Source: Giardia intestinalis (taxonomy: Eukaryota). Taken from it: a stretch of DNA of 64,000 bases. This document shows, in pieces, positions 30,150 through 41,100 of this stretch. The stretch's first letter is position 1, and every line of letters begins with the position of its first letter. The stretch lies in NCBI GenBank assembly GCA_000002435.2, contig CM018791.1; one strand, given 5' to 3'. The translations under genes were made by a program, and so were the position numbers. The notes under the pieces were generated by a model. It saw only the letters and a program-made list of their open reading frames with translations. It was not told where the DNA came from and did not search any database.

Positions 30150-30764
30150 TTACGAGATCGCAGAAGCAACAGGAGGAGAGAGCATTCGGGCTAGTTCCGG
30201 TTCACAGAGCTTTATTGCTCGGTCGATCCTCTCATTGAATGTTTCTTCTATGGTCACGGCTCCAGAGGCGGAGTACAAGCGGATGCCCATTACATCTTCT
30301 GGAAGCGATTCCGTGGAGGACAACGTTACAGTATGACAAAACTGCCTACCGACAATATAGTTTCTGACATGATCTGAATCACATGCACGCGAAACCAAAA
30401 CGCAATCATCACCAAGAGTATCTATAGATTCCTGAATGATGCTGCAAAGTGCTGTGTAATAAGCTGGAGTGCGATCAATCTGCTTGAGGCTTGTTTTAGC
30501 GGCATCTCGCACCCTATCAATTATACCTTGAACGGCCTCTGCCATGCGAAAGGTACGCGTGATTTCAAGGCGAGAGATCTGGGAGGCACGGTCTTCCTCG
30601 AGGCTTCGGCGTTTTTCACAAAGTAGCTCCTCCACGCGCTCACGGTCAGCACGCTTCTGCGCCCGCGAGGCAATGAATCCCCGCATGGCGATTTCCGCAC
30701 GCGTCTCAAAGACAAGGCTGTCATGCTCGGAGATCGTCGCGTACAGCGAACCTGCGGTAATCAT
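30150..30764 (-). CDS. Probable V-type ATPase subunit E.
   Basis: 204 aa. N-terminal charged helix (QKRADRERVEELLCEKRRSLEE...). The C-terminal segment SLPEDVMGIRLYSASGAVTIEETFNERIDRAIKLCEPELARML aligns with the subunit E end ([42 protein letters not shown]). AGTAAAC signal ~17 nt past the stop. Confidence 0.55.
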   Translation of the reverse strand: MITAGSLYATISEHDSLVFETRAEIAMRGFIASRAQKRADRERVEELLCEKRRSLEEDRASQISRLEITRTFRMAEAVQGIIDRVRDAAKTSLKQIDRTPAYYTALCSIIQESIDTLGDDCVLVSRACDSDHVRNYIVGRQFCHTVTLSSTESLPEDVMGIRLYSASGAVTIEETFNERIDRAIKLCEPELARMLSPPVASAIS

Positions 30765-30784
30765 AAATCTAAATTAAGGGAGAA

Positions 30785-30791
30785 ATTCACT
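30785..30791 (-). terminator. Poly(A) signal AGTGAAT 5 nt downstream of the alpha-tubulin TAA stop.
   Basis: Reverse complement of plus-strand attcact. Confidence 0.5.
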
Positions 30792-30794
30792 CGC

Positions 30795-32159
30795 TTAGTA
30801 GGCGTCGTCCTCCTCCATGTCCTCGCCCTCGCCGTCGCCAAGGGTCTCGGCGCCGATCTCCTCGTAGTCCTTCTCGAGGGCGGCGAGGTCCTCGCGGGCC
30901 TCGGAGAACTCGCCCTCCTCCATGCCCTCACCGACGTACCAGTGCACGAAGGCGCGCTTGGCGTACATCAGATCGAACTTGTGGTCCATGCGGGACCAGA
31001 CCTCGGCGATGGCCGTCGTGTTGGAGATCATGAGGCAGGAGCGCTGGACCTTCGCAAGGTCGCCGCCGGGGATGACGGTCGGGGGCTGGTAGTTGATGCC
31101 GACCTTGAAGCCTGTCGGGCACCAGTCGACGAACTGGATCGTGCGCTTCGTCTTGATGACCGCGATGGCCGCGTTGACGTCCTTCGGGACGACGTCGCCG
31201 CGGTACATCATGCAGCACGCCATGTACTTGCCGTGGCGGGGGTCGCACTTGACCATCATGTTCGCCGGCTCGAAGACGGAGTTGGTGAGCTCGGCGACGG
31301 AGAGCTTCTCGTGGTACGCCTTCTCGGACGAGATGATGGGCGCGTACGAGCAGAGCGGGAAGTGGATGCGCGGGTACGGGACGAGGTTCGTCTGGAACTC
31401 CGTCAGGTCGACGTTGAGGGCGCCGTCGAAGCGGAGCGAGGCCGTGATCGAGGAGATGCACTGGGCGATCAGGCGGTTGAGGTTCGTGTATGTCGGGCGC
31501 TCGATGTCGAGGTTGCGGCGGCAGATGTCGTACATGGCCTCGTTGTCGACCATGAAGGCGCAGTCGGAGTGCTCAAGCATCGAGTGCGCGGCGAGGATCG
31601 TGTTGTACGGCTCGACGACGGCCGTCGCGATCTGGGGCGAGGGGTAGACGACGAACTCGAGCTTGGACTTGCGGCCGTAGTCGACGCTCAGGCGCTCGAG
31701 GAAGAGGGACCCGAAGCCGGCGCCCGTGCCTCCTCCGAAGGAGTGGAAGATCAGGAAGCCCTGGAGCCCGGAGCAGTTGTCTGCGAGCTTGCGGACGCGG
31801 TCGAGGACGAGGTCGACGATCTCCTTGCCGATCGTGTAGTGCCCGCGGGCGTAGTTGTTGGCGGCGTCCTCCTTGCCAGAGATCAGCTGCTCGGGGTGGT
31901 AGAGCTGGCGGTACGAGCCCGCGCGGACCTCGTCGACGACCGTGGGCTCGAGGTCAACGAAGACCGCGCGCGGGACGTGCTTGCCGGCGCCCGTCTCCGA
32001 GAAGAACGTGTTGAACGCGTCGTCGCCGCCCCCGATCGTCTTGTCGGACGGCATCTGGCCGTCGTGCTGGATCCCGTGCTCGAGGCAGTAGAGCTCCCAG
32101 CAGGCGTTGCCGATCTGGACTCCGGCCTGGCCGATGTGGACCGAGATGCACTCACGCAT
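30795..32159 (-). CDS. Alpha-tubulin.
   Basis: [30 protein letters not shown]..., [10 protein letters not shown], ...[25 protein letters not shown]..., acidic tail ending Y. 454 aa. GC-rich codon usage. AGTGAAT 5 nt past the TAA stop. Confidence 0.97.
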   Translation of the reverse strand: MRECISVHIGQAGVQIGNACWELYCLEHGIQHDGQMPSDKTIGGGDDAFNTFFSETGAGKHVPRAVFVDLEPTVVDEVRAGSYRQLYHPEQLISGKEDAANNYARGHYTIGKEIVDLVLDRVRKLADNCSGLQGFLIFHSFGGGTGAGFGSLFLERLSVDYGRKSKLEFVVYPSPQIATAVVEPYNTILAAHSMLEHSDCAFMVDNEAMYDICRRNLDIERPTYTNLNRLIAQCISSITASLRFDGALNVDLTEFQTNLVPYPRIHFPLCSYAPIISSEKAYHEKLSVAELTNSVFEPANMMVKCDPRHGKYMACCMMYRGDVVPKDVNAAIAVIKTKRTIQFVDWCPTGFKVGINYQPPTVIPGGDLAKVQRSCLMISNTTAIAEVWSRMDHKFDLMYAKRAFVHWYVGEGMEEGEFSEAREDLAALEKDYEEIGAETLGDGEGEDMEEDDAY

Positions 32160-32466
32160 TTTTATTTCCGCCCGTCCAGACTCTGGAATTTGGCTGATTT
32201 AAATTTAAAATGATTTTAATCAGGCCCCAGAACGATCTCTCAACTTTCCTTATGATGCGTTTCAGTGCACAATCTTCGCATTCTGCCGGCACTCTGTCAC
32301 TCTCAACATTTCAGAACTGGCTCAAAAGACCAATCTCAATATAATTTTTTTAAGAGAAGAAAACTTAGTGCTCTTTGTGCCGCTGCGTCATTGCATTCTA
32401 GAATGATCAGTGACTCCTTACCAGGTCTTTTGGATTACTCGGTTAATTCAAAAATATACATTACAA

Positions 32467-34665
32467 ATGTCTTTGCTTGAAGATCAATCCTCATCATGCG
32501 TTCATGCGTCTGCGAAGCCCGCAGTCCCAGAGCGCGTTGGGCAGCGCTTCGCAGTTATCAACATGGTGTCCAAGTATGAGACGCAAGCAGGCCCCCAGCT
32601 AACGGATACCGTCGAAACGTTTGCTGGCAGTGAAATAAGCTTCCATGTGAAGCCATATATTCATGCAGTAGCACAAGGCAATGCATCACAGTTACCACAA
32701 TCACCCTCTCAACGGGAGTCGAGCCTAGGAGAGGCTCTTTTTAACCTCTCCTCGGCGCGGGCTCGCGACTCAGACTCAGAATGGGATGCAAACTTTATTC
32801 AACTGGAGCCCATGGCAGATGCTCAGAGCAAGCTGTCTTCCTGCAGCAGCTGTCTGCTACCTATTCTACCTTACAAGTTAAAGAATGAGAAGGCCAGCGT
32901 TCTCTATGACAGACTAAGACTAGCATCATACAGTGGTTCATCTGCAAGCCAGAAGAGCCGAAAGTATTACGTGTGGATGTCTCAGCTCATGGTTGCCCAT
33001 CATGGACCGATCTGGACATCCGAGTTCTCTCGAGATATGTCATTCTTTGCTACTGCAGGCCAGAACGGGTTTGTTAAAATATGGAAATACATAAATAAAG
33101 CACAGGTACACGTAGAACCATGTAAGCCATCGCTTGATGTCTCCACTCTCACCCATGTCAAGAAGCCTGAGCTTCTTTCACCCATTTGTGAGAGTCCCTC
33201 CAAGGAAAACCTATCTCAGTACATTGGTTCACCAGTTCTGAACCACTCTTCTAAGCTCTCTACACGCAGGTTATCCAAGGCTGCCGAAGCAGAAGCCAGC
33301 AGTGCAGCTAACGTGCCAAATAACCTGATACCTATACTGGAACCTTTGGATTGCAAGGACGAGAACTTTGATGACGAGAGTGCTAGCTCTCTTACAGACG
33401 AAAAGCCATATGAGATTGTTACTAGATCACAATCACAGTTGCAAGAGGGAGGTACATCTCCATTTAATTCTGTTATAAAGTTTAGACCCTCAAAGGCTCA
33501 ATTTTCTCAACTCTCTCAGACCGTTTCTCAGCACTCTACCCTGTGCTGTAAAGATGCTCCATCTAATAAGCCCTCAATAGACGCTCAGTCTCTGACTTCG
33601 GACAAACTGATAATGGATTTTTCCAACAGGCAATCCGCACTAGACAATAATCGTATCCCGTTTTTTCTGCCAGCCATAAGGGTATTTAAAGGACACATCG
33701 CAGACGTGATCTCGTGCTCCTGGTCGAAAAGTAACTTCTTAGCCACAGGCTCCCTGGACAAGACTGTTAAGATATGGAGCCCAATCAAGGGCTCCTGTTT
33801 AGAGATTTTGACCCATAACTCACCTGTCACGTGTGTCCTATTTCATCCTCTTCACGAACAGTTTTTGTACACAGGTACAAGTGCTGGCGATGTGTACCAG
33901 TGGGATGTCATTGGAAAGCGCAAGGTTTCCTGGACTGCCCCGCAAATGGTAACGAGCATAGCCTTTACAAAGAATAAGTTTTCTCCGCCCACAGGCGTCA
34001 TAATCGTAGGGACTGCCCATGGAAAAATATATATACTAGGTGCAGACACGTTGCGGCCCATCTATGAGTTCCAAACATATACCGTACAGCACAGGAAACA
34101 GACCAGCATCCCAGCCCCAAGGGTCCTGGCTTTGTCTGTCATTGATGAAACAAACGAATTGCTGGTGTCCACAGCAGACTCTCAAATTAAGCGGTATTGT
34201 TTACTCTCAATGCTGCAGACCAGAAAGTACAAGGCACACACAATATCTGGAATTTTTGGGGCAGCTATTCCCCGGATTCTGGCCTTAAGTGATTCAAAGG
34301 AGTCCACTCACGAGAAAACATATGAAGAAGACATCAGTCGCTTTCTTATCATCGGAGATGACAAGGGGTCTATTTGCATGTATCCTGACGAGTCCCCTGC
34401 TTCTGGACGATTAAGATCAGGTGCCTCTAAAAATTTCATCGGTATATCTAGTCACGAGAAGCTATCAAAACAGAGAGTCTATACAACACAAGGTACGGAC
34501 ACGGCAAGATCGTGCCTTAAGATCAACCTTCCGTCCAAGACTGTATGCACTACAATCAATGTCGTCCAGAGCAATCAGCATGTAACTGGTATACAGGGTG
34601 ATGCAAGAAAGAGCTCCATAGTGGTCACCACTGCGAACGGATCAGTGATATGCATCGACATTTGA
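32467..34665 (+). CDS. WD40-repeat protein. The track start at 32410 is a GTG; the first ATG is at 32467, preceded by aaaaatatacattacaaATG.
   Basis: Several WD repeats (LATGSLDKTVKIWSP; LYTGTSAGDVYQWDV). Confidence 0.55.
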   Translation: MSLLEDQSSSCVHASAKPAVPERVGQRFAVINMVSKYETQAGPQLTDTVETFAGSEISFHVKPYIHAVAQGNASQLPQSPSQRESSLGEALFNLSSARARDSDSEWDANFIQLEPMADAQSKLSSCSSCLLPILPYKLKNEKASVLYDRLRLASYSGSSASQKSRKYYVWMSQLMVAHHGPIWTSEFSRDMSFFATAGQNGFVKIWKYINKAQVHVEPCKPSLDVSTLTHVKKPELLSPICESPSKENLSQYIGSPVLNHSSKLSTRRLSKAAEAEASSAANVPNNLIPILEPLDCKDENFDDESASSLTDEKPYEIVTRSQSQLQEGGTSPFNSVIKFRPSKAQFSQLSQTVSQHSTLCCKDAPSNKPSIDAQSLTSDKLIMDFSNRQSALDNNRIPFFLPAIRVFKGHIADVISCSWSKSNFLATGSLDKTVKIWSPIKGSCLEILTHNSPVTCVLFHPLHEQFLYTGTSAGDVYQWDVIGKRKVSWTAPQMVTSIAFTKNKFSPPTGVIIVGTAHGKIYILGADTLRPIYEFQTYTVQHRKQTSIPAPRVLALSVIDETNELLVSTADSQIKRYCLLSMLQTRKYKAHTISGIFGAAIPRILALSDSKESTHEKTYEEDISRFLIIGDDKGSICMYPDESPASGRLRSGASKNFIGISSHEKLSKQRVYTTQGTDTARSCLKINLPSKTVCTTINVVQSNQHVTGIQGDARKSSIVVTTANGSVICIDI

Positions 34666-34681
34666 GGGATTTGTCATGCAG

Positions 34682-35449
34682 TTAAACGTTATCATTCATG
34701 TTAAGATACCCCACTGCAGTTTGTTCTACAATAGACAGCATGGTCTGCTCAATCTCTTCGCGCTCCTGTGTCTCTTTGGCAATCTGGGTGTCTAGCCGAG
34801 ACTGAACCTCAACTATGAGATTTTTAATTTGTATTTCAGCCTTCTTGCGTTCATGCTCTAAAGACTTTAGTCGTTGGCGTAACTCCGCGATGCTATTGCG
34901 TGCAGTCGTCTCGAGTTCTGATAGAATGGTGGAAGACATGAGCTCCTCCTGCTCTAATTCCTCCTGCAGCTGTAGGAGATCTGTCTCCATTGTTTTCTTA
35001 TTTCGTGCGTATGTCTCATTCTGCTCTGCAATTAAGGCCGCAACGAGTGTATCCATTTCTTCATAGTATTTTTCCGAGACAGTGGTCATCCTCGATGTGG
35101 ACTCCTTTTGTGACACCTTGAAGTCTCCTATTGTCGCCTGCATAACGTCATCAACATCACGGAGCTCTATCGTCTTGCTATCCTGGACATACGCCATTGC
35201 CCTCTTCTCGCTGCCAATGAGTTCGAAAAGCTTGACCAGATACTCCTTTATTTTCTGCATTTCGTCCTCTCGGTATGCTTCTGCTTCATCTAAACGCTCC
35301 TCGCAGTCCTCGATCTCTGTTTGTATTGCGTCTATCTTAGTTAGTCTGTTTTGCTCTATCTTTGACTGTAGGCGCACAAGTCTATCGGTTAGGATAGATA
35401 CCCTGTTCTCACCGCCATTTGTAGAGACAGTAGAGCGGTATGAATCCAT
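34682..35449 (-). CDS. Coiled-coil protein of 255 aa, a possible cytoskeletal or SMC-like filament protein.
   Basis: Heptad-rich sequence throughout (LQEELEQEELMSS...LEHERKKAEIQIKNLIVEVQSRL). Its stop is only 16 bp from the stop of the convergent WD40 gene. Confidence 0.5.
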   Translation of the reverse strand: MDSYRSTVSTNGGENRVSILTDRLVRLQSKIEQNRLTKIDAIQTEIEDCEERLDEAEAYREDEMQKIKEYLVKLFELIGSEKRAMAYVQDSKTIELRDVDDVMQATIGDFKVSQKESTSRMTTVSEKYYEEMDTLVAALIAEQNETYARNKKTMETDLLQLQEELEQEELMSSTILSELETTARNSIAELRQRLKSLEHERKKAEIQIKNLIVEVQSRLDTQIAKETQEREEIEQTMLSIVEQTAVGYLNMNDNV

Positions 35450-35681
35450 TTTGAGCCTTTGTTGAATCTTGGGATCTTTGATCTTTGTGATTTTAGTTAA
35501 ATTTTGAAATCTGTAAAATTATAACGAACTTTTCCAAAAGCTGATTCTTGTGAAAGGGTTTCAGGCTTTCCTGTAGCGGCGCCACCAGGTATCCAAGAGC
35601 ACTTCAGGGGCTTCAGCGTGGATCAGGGCTTTTTGCGGCTACACTTTGTGTTTCTTTAAATCTGTTGCGCAACGTTTTTAA

Positions 35682-38132
35682 ATGGCCATTGTGTGCGTTA
35701 ATCAGATGCTTTCTGATATAGATGTTGACGCTTCTGCACTTTATTCTCGAACTATTTCTGTAGATGGGCTGCCAGACACCATGAAAGACGGCGTCCTCTT
35801 TACCTGGGCCAAATATTTATTCAATAAAGAAGATCAAAGCGCAATCAACCACGCGCTACCATTCTTGCTTTCGCTAAAAACTGCAACCATGGATGAGAAC
35901 AGATACCTGATTAGGCTACGGTACCGTTTCTCCAGAGGGGTACCTTTGGAGGCAGTTGTAGCACATCATATCAAATTAGGAACCTATGTGAGTGAGGACA
36001 TCATCGTGTATCTGGCTCGCGTGGTCTTAGCTGATATGAGCATCGGGATGGAGTACAATCTTCTCTACGGATTAAGCCAAAAAGCTGTTCTAGTAGATCA
36101 GAACTTTGATAAATTCATATACACCGTCTACGCCCCTGTCAGCATCGTTAGTGAAGGTGCTTCAAGTACCAAAGATCATAATTCAATTGTCAATCCAATC
36201 ACCAAAAAGCAATTAATAGAATATAGTGTATCAAATTTAGGGGCCTTGTTATTCGAACTTTGCACTCTATCGTCGAAAGGCACAGCTGAGCATACCTTAG
36301 ACCCGACGATTCTTCTGGAGTGTACCGATAGATTGTGTGGCTGTGGATACTCCAGAGTCCTGGCGACATTTATTATTAGCTGTCTTACCTTTCCGCATTC
36401 TATTGATTTGGCCGGGACAACCTCGGGGTTTTCTTTCAGTTCTTTTGGAGATGCCATATCAGCAATAGATGCCGTCACGAAGACAGCTGCCCGTGGCACA
36501 GCTTGCAGTACAGATGAGTCTTTTCCTGATACAGCACACAGAACGATACCTACAACTTTATGTTCAGAACCTGGTGCTGCACAATCTGACAATAGTGAGC
36601 AGAGCCGTGAACAGGAGCGAAGTGTGATTCAGAGCCTGATAGCCTCCCAGAGCATTAAGTGCCTTGCAGAACACGTTACAACAGAATCTGGGGCCTCAAT
36701 ACTGTCATCTATCTTAGAAGATAAGTTAATTTTAGCCAAAAAACAATATACACCAGAGTTGGCGACTATCGTTCAAGCATGTGTCACAGATAGAGACCTC
36801 TGTATCCGCGTCAACGCGAGGAATCCTGATCTGTCACCAATCAGAACGTACTTAATTTCTGCAGCACAGAAAGGTGACGTTAAAGCACTCTTGAAAAACT
36901 ATAATGAAATAGGGTTTATCTATGGAAAATACACGGCCCTGATGGAGGCTGCTCGAAGAAACAATCTCCACGTGATCCCCTTCCTACTAGGTGAGCTGGG
37001 ATGCGTTAACACTACTGGCCAAACTGCGCTGATGCTGGCAGCACACTTTAACAACGTTGAAGCTGTAAAGCTCCTTCTCATGGAAGCAGGCATTGCTGAC
37101 AATTGGGGGACAACTGCTCTAATGATGGCATGCATGAGGGGCCACGACACGATAGTGGAACTCTTGCTACCAGAGAGTCGAAGGCAGGACGAATGGGGCA
37201 ACACAGCCATGATATACGCAGCCCAGAACGGGCACCTGGATTGCGTCAAGCTGCTACTTTCAAGAGAAATCAAGATGGTTACCAAAATTTCAAGCACTGC
37301 ACTTTCGCAAGCCATGATGTGTGGTCACAAGGATTGTGCATGTGTACTGCAGGCAGAAGAGCAGATGTCCAATATTACTCCCTTAATGCGCTCTGTCTTC
37401 TTCAACGAGTGTGAAGGGGCGTTAGCTCAAAGTATCAAAGAGTGTGCAGACACTGTTTCCTATGCAAACAAGGCGGGCTTTACAGCGATAATGTTTGCCG
37501 CTGCAGGCCACAACTGGGATGCTGTGAATCTCCTCTTGCCATATGAGGCACAGCACTCACCAGACTTGGCTGGTCTTTACACTAAGAACGTAGATGAAGC
37601 AGCCTGTAGTTTCTTTTCAGAGGCTGTGCAAGGGAGATACATCCATCTGGTCTTTGTCTTTGCAACTTATTTGCACTACCTTCTTGAGCACGGAAAGATA
37701 GATGCGTTCAAGCAGAAGTGCGACTCTGGCATCTTGCATGCATGGTCGGGCATACCAGTTCTGCACCGCACAGGCCTAATGGAATGTGCAAAGCGTGGGG
37801 ATGTAATAGGGGTACGGGCATCTCGAGAAGACTATTGTAAGGTTTTTGACGGCTACACGGCCCTGATGTTAGGAATCATCAATCGTATGGCAATTTGCTC
37901 TCGTCTGTTACTTGTGGAAATGGGGATCCAGGGAGCTGAGGGAATGACGGCACTTATGCATGCAGTAGACAGCGGGCAAGTAGATCTTGTTTCTCTCTTA
38001 CTCGCAGAAGCACCAATCAAGAATGCAGCTGGGGACACAGCCCTTGATATAGCCAGGCGGCGAGCAAAGAGTCACCCTCCAGACTCACCCTATAATCAAT
38101 GCGTCTCCATGCTGCTCAGTTTTCAGTGGTAG
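35682..38132 (+). CDS. Ankyrin-repeat protein of the Giardia Protein 21.1 family, with a possibly degenerate kinase-like N-terminal region.
   Basis: Multiple 33-aa ankyrin repeats (TALMEAARRNNLHVIPFLL; TALMLAAHFNNVEAVKLLL; TALMMACMRGHDTIVELLL; TAMIYAAQNGHLDCVKLLL; TALMHAVDSGQVDLVSLLL). ATG after the AT-rich leader caacgtttttaaATG. Confidence 0.8.
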   Translation: MAIVCVNQMLSDIDVDASALYSRTISVDGLPDTMKDGVLFTWAKYLFNKEDQSAINHALPFLLSLKTATMDENRYLIRLRYRFSRGVPLEAVVAHHIKLGTYVSEDIIVYLARVVLADMSIGMEYNLLYGLSQKAVLVDQNFDKFIYTVYAPVSIVSEGASSTKDHNSIVNPITKKQLIEYSVSNLGALLFELCTLSSKGTAEHTLDPTILLECTDRLCGCGYSRVLATFIISCLTFPHSIDLAGTTSGFSFSSFGDAISAIDAVTKTAARGTACSTDESFPDTAHRTIPTTLCSEPGAAQSDNSEQSREQERSVIQSLIASQSIKCLAEHVTTESGASILSSILEDKLILAKKQYTPELATIVQACVTDRDLCIRVNARNPDLSPIRTYLISAAQKGDVKALLKNYNEIGFIYGKYTALMEAARRNNLHVIPFLLGELGCVNTTGQTALMLAAHFNNVEAVKLLLMEAGIADNWGTTALMMACMRGHDTIVELLLPESRRQDEWGNTAMIYAAQNGHLDCVKLLLSREIKMVTKISSTALSQAMMCGHKDCACVLQAEEQMSNITPLMRSVFFNECEGALAQSIKECADTVSYANKAGFTAIMFAAAGHNWDAVNLLLPYEAQHSPDLAGLYTKNVDEAACSFFSEAVQGRYIHLVFVFATYLHYLLEHGKIDAFKQKCDSGILHAWSGIPVLHRTGLMECAKRGDVIGVRASREDYCKVFDGYTALMLGIINRMAICSRLLLVEMGIQGAEGMTALMHAVDSGQVDLVSLLLAEAPIKNAAGDTALDIARRRAKSHPPDSPYNQCVSMLLSFQW

Positions 38133-38186
38133 ATTAGTCAGTCTGCAAAGAACTTGTAAACTTTAGCTAAACTATTTAAAAAGGAA

Positions 38187-41100
38187 ATGACCCGACGCCA
38201 CCAGGCCGACACGGGAACCGCGGACTACACGCAGTACAGACAGGAATTCCCAGAGATTCCATTCGACAGGTACAAGATAACGCAGCACGTAGGGAAGGGC
38301 GCGTTCTCAAAAGTTTTCTTGGCCTATACACCAGAGTTCCAAAGGCGTGCCATCAAGCGCATCAGATTGACAGCCAAACCGCACCAGCTCCTCAAGGAAA
38401 TAGAGTTTCTCCGTCGATTGGAGGGGAAGTCGCATATCGTGCAAATCAAAGAAATTCGCTTCTCTGACGCCACGCTGCAAACAACCGTCATCACTTCCTA
38501 CTCAGACACGGATGATTTCAAGTCTGTTATACTGGACTTCACCCCAAGAGAAATCCAGGCCTATATGCGCTCCATTTTGACTGCCCTCTCTCATCTAGAG
38601 AAATTGAAAATAATACATCGTGATATAAAGCCTGGCAATTTCCTCTTTGAGCGAAAAACAGGAAAAGGGCTGCTTATTGATTTTGGCCTCGCCCAAACGC
38701 TACGCGAGGTCCGAGAGTTTCCGCTTCTCCGAGGCCAGTCGAAGTCGCGCAAGGGTGTCATACACATTAACTTAGACCGTCTTATGCGTCAAAGCAATCA
38801 GTATCTGACCGACCTGACAGCCCAGGGAGAGGAGACATACTACACTGCGCGCATGTCTCTCAAAGAAGGACAGACAGTACCGGCTGCACATGTCACAGGC
38901 TCGAATGCTGCCGCATCAACGAATGTTGTTCGACCCAATGACGACACGGCTGAGCGACTTCCCATAGCGGGCTACATAAACAAGGATCATTCAACCTTCC
39001 GCCCGCTTCCACCATCGGCACATAGTGGAACTCACGGGTACAGAGCGCCTGAGATCCTTGTTCCAGTTCGAAACCAGGATTGTAAGATTGATAGCTGGAG
39101 TGTCGGTGTTATTCTTATACAGATCCTGACGGGGAAAACGTCGCTTTTCCGTGGCAATCCGACTGTGGATATTTATGAGATCCTGGCTATTCGCTCGATA
39201 ATTGGAACAGACAGGTTCATTCAGGGCATGTCCAGGCTCAAGGCTGACTTTAGTCTCACAGCTGGTGCTCCGATGCCGCAAGCTATCGCCCTGGAAGAGC
39301 TTGCTGAATGGTATAATCCGGATCTCCTGGCAGTACTGCCTGCTTCCTGCTTTGATCTGTGCAGGAAGCTGCTTGAGTTTGATCCTGAAAGCCGACTAAG
39401 TGCAACAGAGGCTCTTTCACACCCCTTCCTCGCCATGGACGAAAACCTACTTCCTAATTACCGCTTCCAGGATGGCGCCCACAGCAAGAGCCTTTTAAGT
39501 TTTACAGGATATGCCAATGCAACGAACAGTCAGGACAGCATGAACCGTGAGGAGGAGACTCTGCAGGCTCTTCGTAAACGCGGAAGTGAGATCGCTGAGC
39601 GACTCGGTCTTTGCCGCGTGACTTCCGAGACCTTAGCCGATGAATATTCCACCATGTCGCCACAGTCTATGATCCCTCTACCCCGTGACTTGAGAAAGCA
39701 AGCTATGAAATCAGTCCAAAAGTTTGCCTTGGATAAGACAGTACAGGGGCCGTCTGGGATTATTGTAGAACGCTCAAAGACAAGCGACTACAGCTTCCCG
39801 AGCAATTCTTCGGTGCAAGACCTTTCCTCGTGCGGGGGCGTGACATTGAGCCGTCCGCGTCTTGCCGCAGCCCCTGGTAGCCATGCAAGACACTGTGCAA
39901 TTGATGCAGCGATGCGGCAGAAGATAGCATATTACAAGGAGAAGGGCATCAGGGTTACCCTGGATGATCTACATCGAGAGGTGCTTGACCAACAATGGGA
40001 GATAGCAAACAAGGACAAGGAGACCTTCGAACGCGCTGTGCGTGCTACAGCAGTGCGACGAAGACTGGATCCGTGGGTTCAGCCTCTTAAAGCCTTAGAT
40101 AAAGAGCTCAGGATCTGCCAGAAGGATGTGCGGAAGGCTGCTGAAGAATATCGACGAACCGTTCTCTCTCTTGGTATTATAGATCTGGAAACCAAGACCG
40201 CCGATGAAGGCCACCGCCACAAAGTTTCTGCCGGACTGGACGGCGACAAGGACAAGCTAGATGCAAAGAACGAGCAAGGACGCACTCAACTTTCTGGTGC
40301 AACTGGAATTACTGTTACTGGGCAGGGGGCAGGAGCTTTCACAAACTATCACAGTTATTTGTCGGCTCTTATTCCGTCCCCGAATGCTCTTAAGACAGCT
40401 GTGAATATAAAGCTCGCATCAGATGCCAAGATTCAAGTTGCGAAGACTATGGACGTAAAAACAGTGGAGTCTTTCTATTATCCGAAGTACTATGCCATCA
40501 ATAAGATTAGAACGCATCGCCTGCTTAATTTTATCGTCAAGTCTGAGCTGGCGCAGACTGCAGCCCTTGACACTGGGAATAGTGTTGGAGTTGCAGGCGT
40601 GACCACCTGCACAAACCATCTGACTAAGACCCTTGCAACTGTGATAGCTACGAAAGCATGGGAAGTTGTTCACTCCAATTCTTCCAAGAATATGATCACT
40701 AAGGAGAAGTCCCGGTCAGTATACGACTTGACAATGAAGGCTGCCAAGATCGCCAGTGTTTCTCATCGCCTTGCACTATCTGGCCCTGATGCATGGGAAG
40801 CAAAGGGAGAGTCCTTCTTCTTGTCACCTAATTCTCGATTAGGGATGATAGAGATCAAAGCTGATGAGTGCAAGTTTCGTGTCCACGACTTTAACACAAA
40901 GATCCTTCAACATCAGCATCACGCTTCCCAGTGCCAATTTATCATTCAGGAGCGCACAGGTTTCCTCAGTAAGATAGCACAGCTTGAAGAGTCCATAAGG
41001 AGCAAAATGAACGCAAATACAGAACAGATTAAGATTTTGCAAGGTACTCTGAAGTCGTCTGCCAATAAGAACGACACAATTCAGGAGGAGATAAACTATC

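Noticed and set aside
30723-32213. 496-aa plus-strand ORF fully antisense to alpha-tubulin, with nested ORFs at 30928..31461, 31883..32155 and 31093..31647.
   Set aside because: An artefact of GC-rich third positions in the highly expressed tubulin gene. The translation is Arg/Ala/Gly/Val low-complexity with no ATG context. The tubulin reading is unambiguous.
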